This document shows, one piece after another, positions 44,184 to 51,961 of a DNA stretch of 64,000 bases; position 1 is the first letter of the stretch; each line of letters starts with the position of its first letter. Source of the DNA: Acidobacteriota bacterium. GTDB taxonomy: Bacteria > Acidobacteriota > Blastocatellia > Pyrinomonadales > Pyrinomonadaceae. The notes beneath the pieces are model-generated. The model did not search any database and had not been told where the DNA came from. It saw only the letters and a list, made by a program, of their open reading frames with translations. The position numbers and the translations under genes are program-made. The DNA lies in NCBI GenBank assembly GCA_031412675.1, contig JANODL010000152.1, forward strand, positions 5,018-69,017. Reading direction: 5' to 3'.

Positions 44184-44618
44184 ATGACAAACGAAAATTT
44201 ACAACTGATTTACACGCTTCTTTGCGACGATGTGCGGATCGAGATGGGCAACAAAATCTCTCTGATGGGAGTTTTTCAAAACATTATGGTCGAGAAATTG
44301 CCGATTTCATTGATAAAATTTGCGGTTGTCAATCATTGGCGCGGCGCGGGCAATCATCACACCGAAGTGCGGATTCTCTCGCCGAACAAAAGCAATCTGG
44401 TCGTCACATCCCAACCGACGCATATCGAACTCGCCCCGGGCGGTTTTACCGACAATGTTTCGTTTTTCGTTAATGTCGTCTTTCCGTCGGCGGGAACTTA
44501 TTGGGTTCAAACGCTTGCCGATGCACGTCTGCTCGAAGAATTTCCGCTGATTGTCACAGATGTCAATAATGTCGAATCAATGCAGACAACCGAGGAGATT
44601 TCGGAAACCATCAATTAA
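44184..44618 (+). CDS. hypothetical protein (144 aa)
   Basis: A clean ORF bracketed by two large heptamer hairpins. No family recognised. Confidence 0.5.
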   Translation: MTNENLQLIYTLLCDDVRIEMGNKISLMGVFQNIMVEKLPISLIKFAVVNHWRGAGNHHTEVRILSPNKSNLVVTSQPTHIELAPGGFTDNVSFFVNVVFPSAGTYWVQTLADARLLEEFPLIVTDVNNVESMQTTEEISETIN

Positions 44619-44750
44619 AGTAAAAAGTAAAAAGTAAAAAGTAAAAAGTAAAAAGTAAAAAGTAAAAAGTAAAAAATTGCGTCTTACCTGAAACTAATTT
44701 CGAGTAAGACGCAATTAAATTTTTGCCTTTTTACTTTTTACTTTTTACTT
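44619..44750. repeat. composite palindrome: (GTAAAAA)x7 array, 13-bp central hairpin, (CTTTTTA)x3 array
   Basis: AAGTAAAAAGTAAAAAG... (44619-44676), then AATTGCGTCTTAC-loop-GTAAGACGCAATT (44675-44716), then TTTTTGCCTTTTTACTTTTTACTTTTTACTT. It lies between convergent genes. Confidence 0.8.
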
Positions 44751-45378
44751 ACTTATCGTCGTCTTTCGGCAAATTCAGCGTAATCGCTAAACGATAAACG
44801 CCTGCGCTGTCCACTTCGATTTCTTTTGAACCGCTGACACCTTTGAGCGAAGCCGTAACGCGGAATTTTGCCGTTCCTTCGGGTTGGCGGAAAGTGAATT
44901 CGCCGCTCACGTTGGTATAACCGCTCCCGACTTTTTTGGTCGAACCGTCCGAACTTATCCGTTCAATCTCGATCTTCGCGCCCGTGATGCTTCGTCCGTT
45001 TTGATTATAAATACTTCCGTTGATCAAAACGAGCGTCCCTTGATCAACCATCAAAACCAGATTGTCGCCCAAATTAACGGTGCCTTTCTTTTTGATTTCG
45101 ACGTTGTATTTGATGCCCGCGCCGTAGCCTGATTTTTCAAAGACAAAATTGTAAGTTCCGGTTTGCAGTCCCGTTATTTCAAAAGTGCCTTTCGCGTCGG
45201 TTTTAACGGTTCTCACATCTTTTCCGTCAAGCCGTGCGGTAATCGTCGCGCCGCCGATGCCGTCGCCTTTGACGTTACGCACTTTTCCTTTTACGCCGCC
45301 CGTTTCCTGTGCGAAAGCCGCGACGCTCAAAACTGTCAATAAAAAGGCGAAAACCGCCGTTTGTTTGAAAATCTTCAT
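44749..45378 (-). CDS. secreted carboxypeptidase-regulatory-like (CarboxypepD_reg) domain protein
   Basis: Signal peptide followed by two repeats of the G.V.G.V....G.gi.GA.I..........T...G.F.i..L..G.Y pattern. Confidence 0.7.
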   Translation of the reverse strand: MKIFKQTAVFAFLLTVLSVAAFAQETGGVKGKVRNVKGDGIGGATITARLDGKDVRTVKTDAKGTFEITGLQTGTYNFVFEKSGYGAGIKYNVEIKKKGTVNLGDNLVLMVDQGTLVLINGSIYNQNGRSITGAKIEIERISSDGSTKKVGSGYTNVSGEFTFRQPEGTAKFRVTASLKGVSGSKEIEVDSAGVYRLAITLNLPKDDDK

Positions 45379-45383
45379 AAAAT

Positions 45384-46370
45384 CTATGCGTTTGCAATTT
45401 CGGATTTGAATTCCTTGCGAAATTCGTTTGCAACATCATTGATGATATTTTCAAGCGTAAGGGTTGGCTGATAGCCGATCAAAAGTTTGGCTTTATCTAA
45501 ACAGGGAACGCGCCGCTGCATATCTTCAAAGCCTTCGCCGTAGGCTTCATCATACGGAATAAACTGGATTTTACTTTGACTGTTCGTCATTTCGATGGCT
45601 TTTTCCGCGAGATTTTTTATCGTAATTTCTTCGGCGTTGCCGATGTTCGTCACCTGTCCGAAACAAGTCGGAGTTTCGAGCAGTTTCGGCAAAGCCGCGA
45701 CGACATCGAGAACGTGACCGAAACAGCGCGACTGACTGCCGTCACCGTGAACGGGAATCGGTTCATTCTTCAAAGCGGCTTTAATAAAACGCGGCACGAC
45801 CATTCCGTATTGTCCTGTCTGGCGCGGTCCGACCGTATTGAAAAGACGAACTACCGCGACCGGCAGACGCGATTCCTTCCAATGCGCCAACGCAAGAAAT
45901 TCATCCAATTCTTTCGCGCAAGCATATGCCCAACGATGTTTGCTCGTGGAACCTTTCAAAATATCGTCGTCCTCGCGGAAGGGAACGCTCGTTCCTTTGC
46001 CATAAACTTCCGAAGTCGAAGGAATCAAAACGCGCTTGCGGTAACGCGCACAAAATCCGAGAATAATGTCGGTTCCCTGAAAAATCGTTTCGATGGTTTT
46101 GACGGGCTGCTCCATAATCAAACGAACGCCGACCGCGCTTGCCATATGGAAAACTCTGTCCGATTCGCGAATCAGTTCTTCCATCAGTTTGATGTTCAAA
46201 ACCGTGTCAATAATCAGCCGAAAGCGTTCTTGCCCTTCGAGATGTTCGACGTTTGAATAGCGTCCGGTCGAGAGATTGTCAATAATCGTTATTTCGTGTC
46301 CTTCGCCGTGCAGTTTGTCCGCCAGATGTGATCCGACAAAACCTGCACCGCCTGTAATTAAAATTTTCAT
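45384..46370 (-). CDS. NAD-dependent epimerase/dehydratase (extended SDR)
   Basis: Rossmann motif ITGGAGFVGSH and catalytic YACAK (YxxxK). 328 aa. Confidence 0.85.
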   Translation of the reverse strand: MKILITGGAGFVGSHLADKLHGEGHEITIIDNLSTGRYSNVEHLEGQERFRLIIDTVLNIKLMEELIRESDRVFHMASAVGVRLIMEQPVKTIETIFQGTDIILGFCARYRKRVLIPSTSEVYGKGTSVPFREDDDILKGSTSKHRWAYACAKELDEFLALAHWKESRLPVAVVRLFNTVGPRQTGQYGMVVPRFIKAALKNEPIPVHGDGSQSRCFGHVLDVVAALPKLLETPTCFGQVTNIGNAEEITIKNLAEKAIEMTNSQSKIQFIPYDEAYGEGFEDMQRRVPCLDKAKLLIGYQPTLTLENIINDVANEFRKEFKSEIANA

Positions 46371-46373
46371 AAA

Positions 46374-46655
46374 CTATTTTTTTCGCTTACGGCTCAAAAC
46401 TTTCCCTGCTTCGGAGAGTTTTTCTTCCTGAAATTCGTATTCTTCGATATTAAACCTTAAGACTTTGGTAATGTGGTCTAAATGTATTTGAGTTTGCTTT
46501 TGCAGTTCGCGCATTTCGGCAATGTCCCGATCGTGTCTTGCGCTTTCGCGTTTAGATATAAATTCGGATTTAGCCTGCGAATCGGCAATATACTTAAAAG
46601 TTTCTTCGATAGTCGCAAATTTTTCGTTAAATTTTTCAACAATTTCTTTTTTCAT
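46374..46655 (-). CDS. hypothetical coiled-coil protein (93 aa)
   Basis: An ORF tightly packed between two SDR genes. Charged and helical, with no recognisable family. Confidence 0.45.
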   Translation of the reverse strand: MKKEIVEKFNEKFATIEETFKYIADSQAKSEFISKRESARHDRDIAEMRELQKQTQIHLDHITKVLRFNIEEYEFQEEKLSEAGKVLSRKRKK

Positions 46656-46669
46656 AAATTATCTATCAG

Positions 46670-47632
46670 CTAAACTTTTGCAGTTCTATTGTCCGATGTT
46701 TTGATGCGTTCCGCAAAATACGCAACCGTCTTTTTCAAACCTTCCGCCAAAGGAATCGTCGGTGACCAGCCTAATAATTCCTGCGCCCGCGTAATATTCG
46801 GTTGACGCTGTTTCGGGTCGTCCTGCGGCAGCGGAAGATAGGTAATTTTTGTTTCTCTGCCAACCGCTTTGGCGACTTCCTGCGCGAGTTCATTCATCGT
46901 AAATTCGCCCGGATTGCCGATGTTGACAGGCAAATGTATGTTATCCGCTTCCGTATTCATCAAACGGATAAAACCTTCGACCAAATCGTCAACGTAGCAA
47001 AATGAGCGCGTCTGTTCGCCTGTTCCGTAAATCGTCAAATCTTCGCCGCGCAAGGCTTGCACGATAAAATTCGAGACGACGCGCCCGTCGTTTTCGAGCA
47101 TTTTCGGACCGTAAGTATTAAAAATCCGCACGATTCGCGTGTCAACCTTGTTCTGACGGTGATAATCCATAAACAAAGTTTCGGCAACCCGCTTGCCCTC
47201 ATCGTAGCAGCTGCGAAGCCCGATGCAATTGACGTTGCCGAAATAATCTTCGGTCTGCGGATGAATTAAAGGATCGCCGTAAACTTCAGAGGTCGAAGCC
47301 TGAAAGATTCTTGCATTCACACGCTTTGCCAAACCGAGCATATTAATCGCACCCATCACGCTCGTTTTGACGGTTTTGACGGGATTGTATTGATAGTGAA
47401 CGGGCGATGCGGGACACGCGAGGTTGTAAATCTGGTCAACTTCGAGCAAAATCGGTTCGGTTACGTCGTGCCGAATCAGTTCAAAACGATGATTGTCGAG
47501 CAGATGAAAGATATTTTCCTTTCTACCCGTAAAAAAATTGTCGAGGCAGATAACCTCATTGCCTTCGTTCAGAAGCCTTTCGGAAAGATGCGAGCCGATA
47601 AAACCCGCGCCGCCCGTGATAAGTATTCTCAT
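46670..47632 (-). CDS. UDP-glucuronate decarboxylase (UDP-xylose synthase)-like SDR
   Basis: [12 protein letters not shown]...[11 protein letters not shown]...[20 protein letters not shown]...STSEVYGDP is the classic UXS pattern. Confidence 0.9.
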   Translation of the reverse strand: MRILITGGAGFIGSHLSERLLNEGNEVICLDNFFTGRKENIFHLLDNHRFELIRHDVTEPILLEVDQIYNLACPASPVHYQYNPVKTVKTSVMGAINMLGLAKRVNARIFQASTSEVYGDPLIHPQTEDYFGNVNCIGLRSCYDEGKRVAETLFMDYHRQNKVDTRIVRIFNTYGPKMLENDGRVVSNFIVQALRGEDLTIYGTGEQTRSFCYVDDLVEGFIRLMNTEADNIHLPVNIGNPGEFTMNELAQEVAKAVGRETKITYLPLPQDDPKQRQPNITRAQELLGWSPTIPLAEGLKKTVAYFAERIKTSDNRTAKV

Positions 47633-47643
47633 AATTTAAAAAT

Positions 47644-47712
47644 GGAGAGTGGAGAGTGGAGAGTCAAGGAAAATTCTTAAACTCTCCACTCTCCACTTTT
47701 AACTCTCCACTC
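47644..47712. repeat. heptamer-array hairpin (GGAGAGT words)
   Basis: GGAGAGTGGAGAGTGGAGAGT (47644-64) pairs with ACTCTCCACTCTCCAC (47681-96), and a third partial unit lies at 47702-12. It lies between the S9 peptidase stop and the UXS start on the same strand. Confidence 0.75.
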
Positions 47713-50017
47713 ATTTTAAGTGTTTTTCAAAGAAACTCAAAATTCGTTCGTATTCATCCATCCAGCTCGACGGACGCGCGAAGCCGTGATTTTCCGAAGG
47801 ATAGAGCATCGCTTCAAAATACGGCGTTTTTTCGAGCCGCATAAGTTTTTCGATCAACTGAAGCGAATCCTGCGCGGGAACATTGTCGTCCACCAGACCG
47901 TGCAGAATCAAAAGCGGTTTTTGCAGATTTTCGGCGTATGCAATCGGCGATGAACGCTTGTAGCCTTCGACGTTTTTGTCGGGAAAACCTAATCTCTCAG
48001 CCGTATAGACAGGCGACGAAGCGTAATAGTTTTTCCAATCGAAAACAGGTCGCAGTGCCGCCGCCGCCGCAATCTTATCAGGCGCACGCATCACGAGCAT
48101 TCCCGCCATAAAACCGCCGTAACTTCCGCCGTAAACCCCAACTCTTTTCGCGTCAACCGCATAGTTTTTGACCGCATAATCAATCGCGTCGAGATGATCG
48201 TCGTAATCCTTGCCGCCTAAGAAGTCGTGAACATCCGTGCGCCAATCGCGTCCGTAACCCGCCGAACCGCGATAATCTATGTCCAAAACGACGTAGCCTT
48301 TTGTGGTCAGCATCTCGTTGAACATAAACTCGCGGTAATAATTGTTCCAGCCGTTGATCGTATTTTGCAGATAACCCGCGCCGTGAACAAAAATGACCAT
48401 CGGATATTTTTGTTTCGCATTAAAATTAGACGGCAAATAAACCTTCGATTTCACAAATTTTCCGTCGCGGGTCGGAATATCAACAAATTTCGGCTCGTTC
48501 CATTTTATTTGTTTGAAACTTTCAGGTGTCGTTTTTGTAATTTGGCGCGGCAAAATCCCTTCGGAATCACATTTCGCGCAAACCTGAAAAGTTACAAGCT
48601 CAGTTGGGAAATTCCACGCCGAAGCCTCGTAAAGCAGAACATTATCTTCGGACTGTGAAAATTCGGAAATCTGCGGATTGTTTTTCATTCCTTTTCCGAA
48701 TGTGAAGTATTGTCTGAATCCGCGTTCATTTCCAAGGTAAAATTCCCGTGTTGCGGTGTCGGCTTGCGTTGAAGAAAAAATGAATGTAACGGCTGAATTC
48801 CATTTTGCCCATTCGACCTGCCAGTTTCCTTTCGTCAATTGTTTGACATCAACTTTTGTCGTAAAACCTGCGTCCGACGGATTTTCCTGACGGATTTCAC
48901 CCGACGGATTCGGTTCTTTCTTGGCGCGTTCGAGCGTTGCCAAGTAAAGATGATTAAAACCGTCGCGTTCGCTGCCGAAAAGAATCTGCGAATCGTCTTT
49001 CGGGTTCGGTTCGACAAGCGACGAAAGCGGCGCGATCCATTTTTCATCGGTTTCTTCCGTCAACAGAATCGTCTGTTCGGCTTTGCTTCCGACATCGTGA
49101 ACGTAAAAAAGCCGGCGGCGTTTCAAATCTTTGTCAACACGGTCAACGATCAGCGAAGAATTGTCCGCCGCCCAACGCAAACCGCGCACAAACCCGACAC
49201 CTTCGGCTTTCGGGAGATTTATTTCAAACGGTTTTTCGCGGCTGCCGTCCGTTAAATTGACAAAAATCTTCTGTTCGGTAAATCCGCGCCGCGTCGAATT
49301 TGCCTGCACGAATTCATCGAGATAATTCGGCACGAACAAAACCTTTTGCTTTGAACCGTCGCTCAAAACGTAAGCAATCAATTTTCCGTCTTTCGTCGGA
49401 TTGACGTTAAAAATCGTCAAAAAGGCTGTCGGATTCGCTTCTTTCGTAACTTGTATGAGCGAAGTTTCCTTGAGATTCAAGACAAAATAATTTCCGCCCG
49501 ACGCATACAAAATAGAATCATTCGTGAGCCAACGCGCACCTGCTTCAACACCTTGCGTGCGCGTGATTCGACGCGCTTTGGCATCTTTGTTTTCCAAATC
49601 GAGAACGTAAATATCCGTGTTTTGCAGAAACAAAATCCGTTTTGAATCGGGCGAAAATTCAACGCCGAACAGATTTTTCTCACGCGCTTTGACAAAATCG
49701 TCGCGGACGATCAAACCGTAATCCAATTTGCTCGCGGGCGGCAGAGTTCTCTGTTCATAATTGGCTTCGGCATTGACCAAAATCCGCGAATTATTGCCGT
49801 CCGAATTGACGATATAAAGATTGCGCGGCTCTTTGCCCTCGGCGTTCCACGCATAAACGACAAATTTCCCGTCGGGCGAAAGTTTTTCCGCGTCGGGACG
49901 CATTCCCGCCAAAGAAGGCTCACGCATAATCTCTTTGACCGTCAGGTTTTGAGCGTTTGCGCTCAAAACAAGGCAAAAGGCAAAAGTAAAAAAGCAAAAA
50001 GCGGATAGTTTTTTCAT
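47711..50017 (-). CDS. S9 family peptidase (prolyl oligopeptidase / DPP-like)
   Basis: 768 aa with a signal peptide, a beta-propeller N-terminal region and an alpha/beta hydrolase C-terminus carrying the nucleophile motif GGSYGGFMA. Confidence 0.9.
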   Translation of the reverse strand: MKKLSAFCFFTFAFCLVLSANAQNLTVKEIMREPSLAGMRPDAEKLSPDGKFVVYAWNAEGKEPRNLYIVNSDGNNSRILVNAEANYEQRTLPPASKLDYGLIVRDDFVKAREKNLFGVEFSPDSKRILFLQNTDIYVLDLENKDAKARRITRTQGVEAGARWLTNDSILYASGGNYFVLNLKETSLIQVTKEANPTAFLTIFNVNPTKDGKLIAYVLSDGSKQKVLFVPNYLDEFVQANSTRRGFTEQKIFVNLTDGSREKPFEINLPKAEGVGFVRGLRWAADNSSLIVDRVDKDLKRRRLFYVHDVGSKAEQTILLTEETDEKWIAPLSSLVEPNPKDDSQILFGSERDGFNHLYLATLERAKKEPNPSGEIRQENPSDAGFTTKVDVKQLTKGNWQVEWAKWNSAVTFIFSSTQADTATREFYLGNERGFRQYFTFGKGMKNNPQISEFSQSEDNVLLYEASAWNFPTELVTFQVCAKCDSEGILPRQITKTTPESFKQIKWNEPKFVDIPTRDGKFVKSKVYLPSNFNAKQKYPMVIFVHGAGYLQNTINGWNNYYREFMFNEMLTTKGYVVLDIDYRGSAGYGRDWRTDVHDFLGGKDYDDHLDAIDYAVKNYAVDAKRVGVYGGSYGGFMAGMLVMRAPDKIAAAAALRPVFDWKNYYASSPVYTAERLGFPDKNVEGYKRSSPIAYAENLQKPLLILHGLVDDNVPAQDSLQLIEKLMRLEKTPYFEAMLYPSENHGFARPSSWMDEYERILSFFEKHLK

Positions 50018-50571
50018 AATTTAGTCTTCTTCATCACTCAAAGCCTCGCGCAAGGCTTCGAGTTCGGGCAAAACAAGCAAATCTTTCGTGCGTCCGGCGG
50101 CGCGTTTGGCATTTATTAAATCGTCGAGTTGGCAAAAATATTTTGAATTGATTATAAAGTATCTATGCCCGAAAATCCGCACGACAGAGAAGATTCGGAA
50201 AAAGAAAACGATAAAAACGCCGAAAAATCTGCGCGGCGCGAAGACCAAAAGCGGCGAAGTTATTATTACGACGACGCACACGGTTACGAAGTTTATCAGC
50301 CGGAGGAAGAAAAAGAGGAGAAAAGGAGCGGAGGAGAAGAGGAGATAAGTTCTTAAGTGATAAGAAACTGTTTTAAAACTCGAAAGCTGTTGAAAATCTC
50401 GAATTATCAACTTTCAATTAGCAATTAGCAATTAAATTCAGAAGTAATAATCGTTTAATAACCTCAAAAGTAATTGGTAATTGATAATTGATAATTGATA
50501 AAGCGGTTTTCACCTTTAATCATTTTGAGTTTTCAAACTGCTTTTTAGAAAAATCTCCTCTTCTCCTCTTC

Positions 50572-51855
50572 TCAATTACTAGGTGCGTTTCTGCCCGGGC
50601 GTGTGATGGCGGTTCTTTTTTCGCCGTTTGTGCTGTCGGTGATTTCGAGTTTTATCCGGCGAAAACTGCCGTCACGGTTGCTGTTGGTCGGCGCGTATGA
50701 AATTACATACTGCGTGCGGAATTCGTCCGAAATTTCGGCGGCGATTTTCGGCAAAGCGTCAATCGAATCGGGGAAATAAACTTTGCCGCCCGTTTCCTGC
50801 GCGAGCCGTGTGAGAAATGTGCGGGCTTTTTGACGGCGGCTGATGCCTGTTTCGGAATCGGGCGTGTCGCTCAAATCATTTGTAAATCCGATGGCGTAAA
50901 TCTGCACGTAAGAATTTCGCAAAAGCTCGAAAAGCAGTTTTTCGTTGAACTTGCTGCCGCGATCATCGCCGTCGGTGACGAGAATCAGCGCACGCAGTTT
51001 GATGTTTTCTTTTTTCCGCGAATTCTGATATTTTTCGACCATTTCCGCCGTTCGATAAACCGCGTCAATAATTGCCGTCTGTCCGCCCTCGACAAAAAGA
51101 TTATCGAGCGCGTTGTTCACCATATTTTTATTAGAGGTAAATTCCTGCACAACCTCGATTTTGTCTGCGCTGACAAAACGCACGACCGATGCTTCGTCCT
51201 GCGGACGATTTGTGCCGATAATGATTTTGCCCGCTTCGACAACTTTTTGAAGCTGTGTGCGAAGCGAGCGCGAATTATCAATAACCAATGCGTTGAAAAT
51301 TGGAACCTCGGTCGTTGCGACGGAAGTTATCGGCTGCAGAACGCCGTCTTCATAAACTTTAAAAGACGATTCTTTCAAGCTGTTGACGGGACGATTAGTG
51401 CCGTTCACAACGCGGACGTTAAGACTGACTTCCTCGGTATCAATTTTAAGAACTTCGTTATCGTCTTCGGACGAGTCCGCCGTTGCCGCCGGAGTCGGTA
51501 ACGGATTGACGTTCGGATTCGTGTTTGAAGTTGGTGTTGAAGATTGAACAACGGTTTTTGAAGTTTGAATCGGCGTTGGAACAGGTTTCACCGCAGTTTT
51601 TACTGCTTGTATCGTTTTGCCGAGAATCCATCCTCTAGTCGCTCCGTCGGCAGTCGAAACGTAAACCCAGCCGTTTGCTTCGCGTCCCTGTTCAAACGTA
51701 ACTTTTTCGCCTTTTTGCACCGTTTTAAGTCTTTCGCCGTTATAATCAGGCTGTTTACGCACATAGGTTGATGTCACCGTTACTTCCGCCTGGCGTTGAG
51801 CAAAAACCGAAAAAGCAAATAATAAAGTAAAAAACGTAATAGTCAAAATTTTCAT
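50572..51855 (-). CDS. secreted SH3-like + VWA domain protein (acidobacterial VWFA-type)
   Basis: The start was chosen at MKILTITFFTLLFAFSVFAQ. It has an SH3-like N-terminus, a Thr/Pro linker, and a VWA core (ALVIDNSRS...LILVTDGDD) with a C-terminal ...QYVISYAP... tail. Confidence 0.8.
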   Translation of the reverse strand: MKILTITFFTLLFAFSVFAQRQAEVTVTSTYVRKQPDYNGERLKTVQKGEKVTFEQGREANGWVYVSTADGATRGWILGKTIQAVKTAVKPVPTPIQTSKTVVQSSTPTSNTNPNVNPLPTPAATADSSEDDNEVLKIDTEEVSLNVRVVNGTNRPVNSLKESSFKVYEDGVLQPITSVATTEVPIFNALVIDNSRSLRTQLQKVVEAGKIIIGTNRPQDEASVVRFVSADKIEVVQEFTSNKNMVNNALDNLFVEGGQTAIIDAVYRTAEMVEKYQNSRKKENIKLRALILVTDGDDRGSKFNEKLLFELLRNSYVQIYAIGFTNDLSDTPDSETGISRRQKARTFLTRLAQETGGKVYFPDSIDALPKIAAEISDEFRTQYVISYAPTNSNRDGSFRRIKLEITDSTNGEKRTAITRPGRNAPSN

Positions 51856-51961
51856 CACACACCCCTTGTATTTATACCGTGAATTTCGCTTTGATAACTG
51901 ATTCAACGGTTTTACTGCTATTGAAATAGATACTAAAAATCAAAAACCTGTCTGCCTTCCT

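Noticed and set aside
44619-44676. Possible CRISPR arrays among the many short tandem repeats.
   Set aside because: The units are 7 nt and directly abutting, with no 25-40 nt spacers. There is no leader and no cas genes. These are microsatellite-like arrays, not CRISPR.
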